A DNA stretch of 37,899 nucleotides from a virus. The DNA is taken from IMG/VR virus record IMGVR_UViG_3300028858_000003; one strand, given 5' to 3'. Below are positions 8,973-16,382 of the stretch, piece after piece. A program made the position numbers and the translations under genes. Numbering within the stretch: position 1 is the first letter of the stretch; every line of letters begins with the position of its first letter. The notes beneath the pieces were generated by a model. That model was not told the DNA's origin and did no database searches. It saw nothing but the letters and a program-made list of their open reading frames with translations.

Positions 8973-11462
8973 ATGACAGATAGATACGCACCAAAATCAG
9001 GAGATAAGTTATACGCTAAAGATATTCAAAGCGTAATGCCTTTGATTGGTACAGCTGGTAAATTAGTGGGTGGTAATAACCCCTCGGCTGTTAGTATTTT
9101 TGAGTCTTTAAGAACTAGTGGAAACGCTGGAAAATTAAAGATAAATATTGATGGTAATATCTTCGATGACGTTATAGTCCTGCCAGCATTTTCTCTATTA
9201 AACTTTTCTTATGCCAATAAAATGTTTACGACATTATCTGGTGTCGGAAATATGGGTTTATATTTTAAATCAGATGGGACTAAGGTTTATTATTTCGACC
9301 AATCGGCTGGTTGTTCTGTTTTTCAAAGAACATTATCAACACCTTGGGACATTACAACGGCTGGCGGAGCAACAAGTAAATATTTTACTAGCTTATCAAA
9401 CGGTGGTGGTTTTACAATGAGTCCTGATGGCGTTAACTTATATACTGTTTGGCGAAACTCAGGGGCTAATGACATTTTGATGAGAGCGGTTATGTCAACA
9501 CCTTGGGACATTACAACTGCTGGAAGCCCTTTATATGATTTAACATTTGGTTCAGTAGTTAGTGCTGGGGGAATTACTTTTAAACCAGATGGGACAAAAA
9601 TGTATGTTTGGTTTAGTGGTACAATGAGGCAATATACTCTATCTACTCCTTGGAATACAGCAACCGCTACCGCTGATGGCAAAACTTTCGCTACTGCTGG
9701 TGATAACTTAACGTTCTATAATAACGGTTTAAATTGTTTAGGTGGTGACGGTAAAGCATGGAACTTAGGTACAGCGTGGGACATTTCAACAATGGTATAT
9801 AGTGGTTCAAGTTTTAGTTTAGCTTCTGGTGGCGGAGGAAGATGTTACGTCAGCTCTGACTTCTCAAGATTTTTCACAATGAGCGGACAAAATTGTTACC
9901 AGTATAATAACGGTACGGCACTAACTTCTCTAACTGATGTTGCTACTCTACTCCAAACAGCGATTAGAAATATTACGGGAAAGACCGAAGCCATAATCTA
10001 CAATACTAATCACTTTGAAATTTATTCAAGCCGTGTCGGTTCTACATCTAAGATATTAAAATTAATGACTCCTAGCAGTGGTACTGATTTATCTGGTTCT
10101 AGTTCCCCTTTATATTTAGATTGTGCGTCCAATGCGGTTGAAACTTTAGGCACTGGAATTAACCCTCAGGTTGAAGGTAGATTAATCGGCGGTTCTTCTG
10201 TTAGTGTAGTAAGTGTTTTTGAAGCCCTAAGAGCTGGCTCTAATAATGGTAAAATAAAAACTTCAATTGATGGGGTTACCTATGATAATGTTGCCGTTGA
10301 TTTAGACAATAGCCCATCTACTAGCACAACAGAAACAGAGCCAGTAAATTATGGAAATACTACTATTGCTGGGGAAACTGGTATCAACTCAGATAATGCT
10401 CAATATGTGGCTCAAGTTTTTGACTCTGGTAATCTTACGACTATTACTGCTATTGAAGCTATGGTCTATAACCAGACTGGCAATACGGTTCAGCCTGTAT
10501 GTGAAATTAGACTTGGCGATGGTGTTAGCGGAACACTCATAGGTTCTAAAACTATGGCTTCATTTGGGACTAGCGGGACATTTTTAACAAAAGTATCGTT
10601 TGATACAACACTGATTATTTCCAAAAATACTATTTATACAATTGTTTGGAAGATGTATCGTGCTGGCGGAGCAACTGGCTGGGGCATTAAATATTCAACA
10701 AATACAAGTTTAGGTTATTACCCAAATAGCACTACAAAAGATACAACAAAACGCCTTTGTTATAATATATATACAAAAAGTAAGGTCGTTTCTTCTTTCT
10801 CAGACATAGCTACTTGTCTTCAATTAGCAATCCGTGCTGTTACTGGAAAAACGGAAATTGTAAATTATACTGATAGACTTTCTATCGTTTCTAGCATAAC
10901 AAATACTTTTTCTCAGGTTCTAAAATTTACATCTCCATCAATCGGTACTGATATCTCAGGAGCAGGGGCGACACCATATCTTGATTGTGCGTCTAAAGCC
11001 GTTGAGGTTTTAGGTGTCGGCGAGGACGATAAAATCATCCGCCTTGATAACACAGGAAAGGTGAGCCCATTATTATTAAAATTAATTCCTGTCGTATCAG
11101 CTAACGAAAGAGATATTAATGATACTCAAGTTACTTCAACTGGTGTGACAGCTGTAAAAGTAAAAGAGTTTAAGTTCAATGGTTTAGCTGGAACAATTAG
11201 AGCTAAGTTTCAGTTGTCTTTAATGTCAGGTACGGCTAATGCTTTTGGTGCGGTATTTAAAAATGGTACGATTATTAGTGCTTACACTTCAATGGGTAAT
11301 AATGGCTGGCTAGATGTATCAAATGACTTCTCAGTTGCTAATGGTGATTTAATTCAGGTTTACGTTTATGGTACGGCTTCTAACTCAGTCGCAGGGGTAA
11401 AAAACTTTAGATTATGTTATGACGCTTTGCCTTCACCCGTAAGTGCCTCTGTAAATTTGTGA
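8973..11462 (+). CDS. Receptor-binding/tail fibre protein with beta-propeller-like repeats and an internal module duplication
   Basis: 829 aa, the last large gene of the tail module. It has four repeats of the type F(K/T)xDGTKxY...LSTPWDITTAG and two diverged copies each of a 40-aa and a 79-aa module. Confidence 0.6.
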   Translation: MTDRYAPKSGDKLYAKDIQSVMPLIGTAGKLVGGNNPSAVSIFESLRTSGNAGKLKINIDGNIFDDVIVLPAFSLLNFSYANKMFTTLSGVGNMGLYFKSDGTKVYYFDQSAGCSVFQRTLSTPWDITTAGGATSKYFTSLSNGGGFTMSPDGVNLYTVWRNSGANDILMRAVMSTPWDITTAGSPLYDLTFGSVVSAGGITFKPDGTKMYVWFSGTMRQYTLSTPWNTATATADGKTFATAGDNLTFYNNGLNCLGGDGKAWNLGTAWDISTMVYSGSSFSLASGGGGRCYVSSDFSRFFTMSGQNCYQYNNGTALTSLTDVATLLQTAIRNITGKTEAIIYNTNHFEIYSSRVGSTSKILKLMTPSSGTDLSGSSSPLYLDCASNAVETLGTGINPQVEGRLIGGSSVSVVSVFEALRAGSNNGKIKTSIDGVTYDNVAVDLDNSPSTSTTETEPVNYGNTTIAGETGINSDNAQYVAQVFDSGNLTTITAIEAMVYNQTGNTVQPVCEIRLGDGVSGTLIGSKTMASFGTSGTFLTKVSFDTTLIISKNTIYTIVWKMYRAGGATGWGIKYSTNTSLGYYPNSTTKDTTKRLCYNIYTKSKVVSSFSDIATCLQLAIRAVTGKTEIVNYTDRLSIVSSITNTFSQVLKFTSPSIGTDISGAGATPYLDCASKAVEVLGVGEDDKIIRLDNTGKVSPLLLKLIPVVSANERDINDTQVTSTGVTAVKVKEFKFNGLAGTIRAKFQLSLMSGTANAFGAVFKNGTIISAYTSMGNNGWLDVSNDFSVANGDLIQVYVYGTASNSVAGVKNFRLCYDALPSPVSASVNL

Positions 11463-11620
11463 AGTCAATCATCCTAAGCTTAATTTTTCTCGGCTCGTTT
11501 TTCATACTGTTTATTCTAGGGATGTGGTCTGGGGTAATTCAAATATCAACATCAAAGGTCGCTAACTATAAATCTTTAAATCAAAATTTATATGATGGAG
11601 TTTATCAAATTAATTTTTAA
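11459..11620 (+). CDS. Small membrane protein (53 aa, GTG start); holin candidate
   Basis: GTGA overlap with the fibre gene stop. It has a hydrophobic N-terminus (KSIILSLIFLGSFFILFILGMWSGVI). The start codon is uncertain. Confidence 0.3.
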   Translation: MKSIILSLIFLGSFFILFILGMWSGVIQISTSKVANYKSLNQNLYDGVYQINF

Positions 11621-11768
11621 TAACTGGAACGATATTAGCAACGCATTTCTTGCTATTCTTTCTGCCTTATTAATCTTGTCGGAAATTCTTGCCCAGATAC
11701 CTAGTATCAAAGCAAACAGTGTCTTTCAATTAATTCAAAATTGGTTACTATCAACCACTAAAAAGTAA
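11592..11768 (+). CDS. Small membrane protein (58 aa); holin candidate
   Basis: ATG start with one hydrophobic segment (NAFLAILSALLILSEILAQIP). It lies upstream of the endolysin. Confidence 0.35.
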   Translation: MMEFIKLIFNNWNDISNAFLAILSALLILSEILAQIPSIKANSVFQLIQNWLLSTTKK

Positions 11769-11783
11769 TAAAAAAGAAACGAT

Positions 11784-12047
11784 ATGTTAGAACTGCCACC
11801 ACCAGTCGAATACACAAATCGGGAAATTGGCTTGATATTGGAGAATATGAACAAGAATATCAAGACCTTTATGAAGGTTAATACAACCGAGCATACTATG
11901 GTCATCGAGAAACAAAATCACACTAACGGACGTGTCCGAAAACTAGAAAAGTTTATCTGGGCTTTAGGTGGGGCTATCGTCATATTGGGTTGGCAGATTA
12001 CTAACGTGGACAAGATAAGGCAGGTAGCGATGGCTTTAATTAAATAG
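11784..12047 (+). CDS. Lysis-associated type II membrane protein (XhlA-like architecture)
   Basis: 87 aa with a helical N-terminal part followed by RVRKLEKFIWALGGAIVILGWQI. This resembles XhlA-type lysis accessory proteins. Confidence 0.4.
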   Translation: MLELPPPVEYTNREIGLILENMNKNIKTFMKVNTTEHTMVIEKQNHTNGRVRKLEKFIWALGGAIVILGWQITNVDKIRQVAMALIK

Positions 12048-12082
12048 TTGACACCGCAAACCTTTCTTTGATATACTATAAA
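12048..12082 (+). promoter_or_regulatory. Sigma70-like promoter (TTGACA, 18-nt spacer, TATACT) containing the TTTCTTTGAT core
   Basis: TTGACA is at 12048..12053 and TATACT at 12072..12077. It shares the TTTCTTTGAT spacer core with the early promoter family. Confidence 0.55.
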
Positions 12083-12125
12083 TAGTTAAAGAGCGATTAG
12101 CTCTTGCTAATAAGTTTTATTACTA

Positions 12126-12553
12126 TGGAAAATTTAAAACAGGGTAATGACTCTCGTCAAAATTGCCAGAAGCCAGACTCGACTTGGCAAAAGTTCGAAG
12201 AAGAAACTAATATACTAACGGTGTTCGTTGGTGCTGATGATACCACTGGTATTTATTACCAAGGTAAACCAGCTGGTTACTTCAATGGTGCGGTTCGTAA
12301 TCACGCTAAAGCTGATTACTTCGTGGGTGATGATAATATTAACGGTTACGGTGAAGCTAACAAAGTTGCTGAACCAGTTGCCGAAGCTAAGCCAGAAGCC
12401 ACAGCTGAGGCTACAAGCGAGGTAGAAGCTAAAGCCGAAGAAACAGTAGCCACTACTACGCCTGACGCTCCAGCGGAAGCTCAAGCCCCAGAAGCCAGTG
12501 CTAATGTAGCACCAGCGACAGAGGAAGAACCAATCGACCCAACTTTACAATAA
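12126..12553 (+). CDS. Hypothetical protein with an Ala/Glu/Pro-rich low-complexity C-terminus (moron-like)
   Basis: ATG at 12126; the track start at 12104 is TTG. It has its own promoter and a strong terminator. The C-terminal half is AEPVAEAKPEATAEATSEVEAKAEE... Confidence 0.6.
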
Positions 12554-12565
12554 TCAAAATTCAAA

Positions 12566-12595
12566 AGAGCTGGGGTAATTCCTAGCTCTTTTTTT
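12566..12595 (+). terminator. Rho-independent terminator
   Basis: 10-bp stem AGAGCTGGGG/TCCTAGCTCT with loop TAAT, followed by a run of T. Confidence 0.8.
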
Positions 12596-12601
12596 AACTT
12601 A

Positions 12602-12638
12602 AAGCGTTACATTAAGTGGAGCACCTAACGTAACGCTT
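12602..12638 (+). other. Long hairpin / inverted repeat
   Basis: Perfect 9-bp arms AAGCGTTAC...GTAACGCTT, extendable inward (TTAAGTG/CACCTAA, one mismatch). Confidence 0.5.
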
Positions 12639-12640
12639 AC

Positions 12641-12713
12641 TGTAAATGTTTATGTTTACTACTGTAAACCTCTTGGTTTGCGATTGTAAACCATTTTATA
12701 ATTAATTGTAAAC
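12641..12713 (+). repeat. Four phased copies of TGTAAA(C/T); putative regulator binding array
   Basis: TGTAAAT is at 12641 and TGTAAAC at 12663, 12685 and 12707, spaced exactly 22 bp. An inverted GTTTAC at 12654 forms GTTTAC-N4-GTAAAC. Confidence 0.7.
12673..12702 (+). promoter_or_regulatory. Putative endolysin promoter (TTGGTT, 18-nt spacer, TATAAT)
   Basis: TATAAT is at 12697..12702 and TTGGTT at 12673..12678. The promoter is embedded in the TGTAAAC array. Confidence 0.4.
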
Positions 12714-12722
12714 TAAAATTAT

Positions 12723-13310
12723 ATGCCAGATTTAAAAAATCTACATCCCGTCTTACAAGAAAAAGCTAATCAGTTTATTGCTCTCTGTAAGGCGAAAGGA
12801 ATTGATGTCGCTATTACTCAGGGTTTTAGAACTATCGCTTACCAGAATAGCTTGTATGCCCAAGGACGCACGACTGTTGGGAAGATTGTGACTAACTGTA
12901 AGGGCGGTCAATCACCACACAATTACGGTTTAGCGTTTGACTTCGTTATTCTAACTAATGGTCGAGCTGATTGGGACTCCCGAAATAAGAACTGGGGTAT
13001 CGCTGGCAGTATCGGCGAGAGTTTGGGTCTTACTTGGGGCGGTGAGTGGACTAAGTTTGTTGACCTGCCTCACCTAGAGTTTTTGTTCGGTTTATCTATT
13101 CAAGATTTAATCAAGGGTAAAAAAGCTCCGAACGTAGTGAAAGTAAAATCTCCTGTTTGGCTAAAAGAACTTCGTGAAGAATACTTAGTCAGAGTCGGTA
13201 AAGATATCTACTCCACGCTCGATAAGGTGGCGGACGCTAAAGAGCTCGCCTCACTAACTGAAAAACAATTAGTGCGTATCGGAAAGAGCATTTACAAGAA
13301 ATTAAACTAG
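12723..13310 (+). CDS. Endolysin, zinc peptidase M15 family (VanY / L-Ala-D-Glu peptidase-like)
   Basis: Metal-ligand motifs SPHNYGLAFD and DLPHLE, plus GGEW. The C-terminal tail has two LVR(V/I)GK(D/S)IY repeats. Confidence 0.8.
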   Translation: MPDLKNLHPVLQEKANQFIALCKAKGIDVAITQGFRTIAYQNSLYAQGRTTVGKIVTNCKGGQSPHNYGLAFDFVILTNGRADWDSRNKNWGIAGSIGESLGLTWGGEWTKFVDLPHLEFLFGLSIQDLIKGKKAPNVVKVKSPVWLKELREEYLVRVGKDIYSTLDKVADAKELASLTEKQLVRIGKSIYKKLN

Positions 13311-13319
13311 CGGTATAAT
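13291..13319 (+). promoter_or_regulatory. Sigma70-like promoter TTTACA, 17-nt spacer, TATAAT at the endolysin 3' end
   Basis: TTTACA is at 13291..13296 and TATAAT at 13314..13319, with a 17-nt spacer. Confidence 0.4.
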
Positions 13320-13356
13320 TATATTGTCATAAGTTACAGGTTTTAATAATTAGCAG

Positions 13357-13387
13357 AAGAACCAGAGCAATCTGGTTTTTTTGTTTT
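13357..13387 (+). terminator. Rho-independent terminator
   Basis: Stem AACCAGA/TCTGGTT with loop GCAA, followed by TTTTTTTGTTTT. Confidence 0.75.
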
Positions 13388-13424
13388 ATATGCCTGTTGA
13401 TAACTTTTTGCTTAATAAATATAG

Positions 13425-13450
13425 CCCTTTATTTTAAAGGGTCTTTTGTT
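13425..13450 (+). terminator. Second rho-independent terminator
   Basis: Stem CCCTTT(A)/(T)AAAGGG followed by TCTTTTGTTT. Confidence 0.6.
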
Positions 13451-13462
13451 TGTGTTAGAGTG

Positions 13463-13491
13463 TTGACAAAGTTTCTTTGATGGTATATAAT
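13463..13491 (+). promoter_or_regulatory. Early promoter, family member 1
   Basis: TTGACAAAGTTTCTTTGATGGTATATAAT: consensus -35 and -10 with a 17-nt spacer. It matches the copy at 22207 at 27 of 29 positions. Confidence 0.75.
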
Positions 13492-13508
13492 ACTTACATA
13501 CATAACTT

Positions 13509-13569
13509 GGGGAGTCGGTAGAGCGTAAGTGAAGCGAAAGCTAAAACGATAAAACTCTACCACTTCCTC
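13509..13569 (+). promoter_or_regulatory. Structured 5' leader hairpin
   Basis: GGTAGAG/CTCTACC is extended by GGGGAGT/ACTTCCTC (G-U pairs, one bulge). The leader 13492..13605 contains no ATG. Confidence 0.4.
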
Positions 13570-13605
13570 GGTCATCTAATAATTAAAATCTTTAATTTAA
13601 AATCT

Positions 13606-13779
13606 ATGGCTGGTTTAACTGAAAGACAAAAAATGTTATTAATGAAAGCTATCGACCTTCTTAATGACGCTGGTGGTTATACAACAATTCAGTGGGACGT
13701 AAAAGGTTATGACGGTTGCGAGTTCGACTGTGGTTGTTTGGCAGATGATTTAAAAATTGAGTTCGAAATTGAAGATTAA
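13606..13779 (+). CDS. Small acidic Cys-containing protein (57 aa)
   Basis: First ORF after the 13463 promoter: MAGLTERQKM...CEFDCGCLADDLKIEFEIED. Confidence 0.45.
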   Translation: MAGLTERQKMLLMKAIDLLNDAGGYTTIQWDVKGYDGCEFDCGCLADDLKIEFEIED

Positions 13780-13783
13780 CTAT

Positions 13784-14233
13784 ATGATTTTACAAGAAGC
13801 AAGAGAGTTGGCAGTCGGTCTAATGACTGAACACGGACTACACGACTGGAACTTCAAGTTTGATAAAGCGGTTAGAAGATTTGGGTGTTGTAGTCATAAA
13901 AGAAAAATGATACAGCTTTCACTCAAGCTAACCCAGCTAAACAAAATCGAGCACGTTAAAGACACCATCCTCCACGAGATTGCTCACGCCCTAGTTGATA
14001 GACATCACGGTCACGATAACGTCTGGCGAACTAAGGCTCTCTCAATCGGATGTAACGGCGAGAGATGTTACAAGAGCAAGGACGTAGTCTTACCACCTAA
14101 AAAATATACGGGGACTTGTAAGAAGTGTGGCAACACCTTCGGCGGAAGTCGAGCGACACGAAGCAGTTGTGCGAAGTGCGATAAAAAATTTAACCCCGAC
14201 AATCTAATCGTCTGGGAACTTAATAAAAAATAA
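13784..14233 (+). CDS. SprT-like zinc metallopeptidase with a C-terminal zinc ribbon
   Basis: ATG at 13784; the track start at 13757 is TTG. HExxH motif in ILHEIAHALVDRHHGHDNVW, then CKKCGN...CAKCD. Confidence 0.7.
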   Translation: MILQEARELAVGLMTEHGLHDWNFKFDKAVRRFGCCSHKRKMIQLSLKLTQLNKIEHVKDTILHEIAHALVDRHHGHDNVWRTKALSIGCNGERCYKSKDVVLPPKKYTGTCKKCGNTFGGSRATRSSCAKCDKKFNPDNLIVWELNKK

Positions 14234-14246
14234 TTATTCAAACCTT

Positions 14247-14480
14247 ATGGTTAACTACAAAACATTGCTAAAGATTACGGACAAAGGTGACAAGTATGAG
14301 TTAGATGGCGGACAGAACCGAGTGAACTCTGCCGACTACATCTATATGATTTATAAGAACGGCGACTATTTACTTACCGTTGGCTACCAGACAATTAGGA
14401 CTGGCAAGCTACGCTTCGAGGACTTGTCCTCGCTACCAGATATTGTAATTAAAAAAATTAAAAATTGTTTAAACGATTAA
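14247..14480 (+). CDS. Hypothetical protein
   Basis: 77-aa ORF with start context AACCTTATG, tightly packed with its neighbours. Confidence 0.6.
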   Translation: MVNYKTLLKITDKGDKYELDGGQNRVNSADYIYMIYKNGDYLLTVGYQTIRTGKLRFEDLSSLPDIVIKKIKNCLND

Positions 14481-14484
14481 CCTT

Positions 14485-15018
14485 ATGATTATCAACATTG
14501 AAAAATATGATGGCAAGCAAATTACTTACAACGATAACTCAAACGAGTTTGTCTGTGAGTTCAAAAAAGATGGTGCTGATATTATCAAAAGAGCCAACAG
14601 CCTAGTTAAGTTAAGGGAAAAATTGGACGCTCTTGAAGAAGCCTCAAAAATTAAACAGGCTAAGCAACCAGCGATTTTAATCGAAGAAGGACACCAAGGA
14701 AGTTACGCTAAAAAAATAACCTTTGGTAATGTCGGAGCTTTCGGTTTTAAATCTAGATGGCACGGTGATAAAACTTTATTTTTCTGGTTCACTTCTGATA
14801 AAAAAGATAGAAGCCAACAGGAAGTTAGAGAATACTCAAGAAAAAAGTTTGTTCAAGACACCCCAGAAAATAGAGAGAAAATTTCTGAGGTTGAAAAGAT
14901 TGGGAAATTGGTAGAAGATTATCGGCTTAAATGCGAACTAGAACAAAATAAAATATTAAATACTTTGGCTGTGATAAAGCCTTCCATCCCAGAGGAAAGC
15001 TTGCCAGACTGGAATTAA
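14485..15018 (+). CDS. Hypothetical protein
   Basis: 177-aa ORF with start context TAACCTTATG. Confidence 0.6.
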   Translation: MIINIEKYDGKQITYNDNSNEFVCEFKKDGADIIKRANSLVKLREKLDALEEASKIKQAKQPAILIEEGHQGSYAKKITFGNVGAFGFKSRWHGDKTLFFWFTSDKKDRSQQEVREYSRKKFVQDTPENREKISEVEKIGKLVEDYRLKCELEQNKILNTLAVIKPSIPEESLPDWN

Positions 15019-15022
15019 TCTT

Positions 15023-15592
15023 ATGAACTTAAATAAATTACTATCAGTTCAGAACGCTGAGATAAAAAGAAACTGGAAAAAATATTGTTTTTATTCTCTG
15101 CCTTACAATGACGACAAATATCTAGCCATTATCAAAAAACATTTTCCTCAACCTAAGAGAAAAAAAGACTGGCTATTTGTAAGTCATAAGGGTAACTTCG
15201 CTGAGATTGATTTTAGTGTTTCGGGTCAGCGTGGTTATGAAAGATACTTTTTCAAGATTGTGCTCAAGAAAGTTCCTCAAAGAACATCTGAAAACTGGCA
15301 CGATTATGGAAATGATAAAGCCGTTTATGCCATCCAGTTTATAAGCCCAACTGAAAAGGAGCTTTATGGCAAGATGGAAGTTCAAGCGTTCATTAACCTA
15401 TTAAGAGAACGCTTTGTCAAGCAGAACAATGCCATCAACGAGGAGCGAAACGCTAAGATTGCTGATGTTAAAAAGGCTCTTGATAACTTGGGCATTAACT
15501 GGTCTGATTATCTAAAAATAAAAAAGCTTTCCGAACGGTTAGACAATGGTCACTGGGACGGAAGCGAACTTAAAAAACTTAATTCTAAATAA
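15023..15592 (+). CDS. Hypothetical protein
   Basis: 189-aa ORF with start context TAATCTTATG. Confidence 0.6.
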   Translation: MNLNKLLSVQNAEIKRNWKKYCFYSLPYNDDKYLAIIKKHFPQPKRKKDWLFVSHKGNFAEIDFSVSGQRGYERYFFKIVLKKVPQRTSENWHDYGNDKAVYAIQFISPTEKELYGKMEVQAFINLLRERFVKQNNAINEERNAKIADVKKALDNLGINWSDYLKIKKLSERLDNGHWDGSELKKLNSK

Positions 15593-15604
15593 CCTTATAA
15601 CCTT

Positions 15605-15964
15605 ATGACAAAGGAAAAGAAATTTAGAGCTGTCGATGTTGATTACAACTGCCTCAGATATTTCACTTTAAGAGATATCAGGGGCTACGGCGATAGCTTA
15701 CAGATTATGAGTATGGACGGGCAAGGCTATCACTTCGTTGATGTCAACTCAATTCAGCAGTTCACTGGTTTTAAAGACAAAAGTAAAAATGAAATATACG
15801 AGGGCGATATTTTTCACTTAGGCGATATCAATATAAAATATCTCGTGCTCGATTGCGTGATGGCTAAGCAACTGACTAATGAGTCGAAAGTCGGTCTAGA
15901 TTATTGGCAAGATAATATCGTGCTAGTAGGTAATACCGTTGATAACCCTGAATTAATTAAGTAA
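15605..15964 (+). CDS. YopX-like protein
   Basis: KKFRAVD near the N-terminus and QFTGFKDKSKNEIYEGDIF resemble the YopX family pattern. Confidence 0.6.
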   Translation: MTKEKKFRAVDVDYNCLRYFTLRDIRGYGDSLQIMSMDGQGYHFVDVNSIQQFTGFKDKSKNEIYEGDIFHLGDINIKYLVLDCVMAKQLTNESKVGLDYWQDNIVLVGNTVDNPELIK

Positions 15965-15968
15965 CCCT

Positions 15969-16370
15969 ATGATATTTTTACCACCAGAAGCTAAGTCATT
16001 TAAACGACTCTGCCAAAAATTTAACCCCGATGACTTTCTTAAAAAGATGATTGATGTCGGGGAGCTAGACGGCATAACCGACAATTACGGCGAAGATGTT
16101 TATCAGCTCTGTAATAACGCTGTTGCTTGGATGATAATTAAATTACAGGGAACGAGCGATTACTACTGTGCCGAGGTCTGCCGTGGAGAGTTCGAAGGTC
16201 GTGACCATACGTGGATGAAGTTTAACGGTTACTACATCGACTTAACACTAGCTCAATTTATCGAAGCACCGAGAATAGCAATTACCAGAGTCACCGAGAA
16301 AAACGGTTATGCTCCTTACAAGACGATGGCTATTCCTGAGTTTTTAGAAATGCTTAAAAATGAAGTTTAA
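15969..16370 (+). CDS. Hypothetical protein; possible Cys-His-Asp papain/transglutaminase-like fold
   Basis: 133 aa with ordered candidates C (QLCNNAVAW), H (RDHTWMKF) and D (YYIDLT). This is weak, motif-only evidence. Confidence 0.45.
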   Translation: MIFLPPEAKSFKRLCQKFNPDDFLKKMIDVGELDGITDNYGEDVYQLCNNAVAWMIIKLQGTSDYYCAEVCRGEFEGRDHTWMKFNGYYIDLTLAQFIEAPRIAITRVTEKNGYAPYKTMAIPEFLEMLKNEV

Positions 16371-16382
16371 AATTAAACGATT

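Noticed and set aside
9255-11024. Diversity-generating retroelement or template/variable repeat pair in the fibre gene
   Set aside because: The repeated modules are diverged at the DNA level, with similarity only at the protein level. No reverse transcriptase gene exists anywhere in the genome.
13509-13569. tRNA or other classical RNA gene in the long leaders (also checked 19735..19870 and 33374..33575)
   Set aside because: No cloverleaf could be drawn: there is no acceptor, D or T arm arrangement and no T-loop GTTCRANYC-like sequence. These are simple or nested hairpins.
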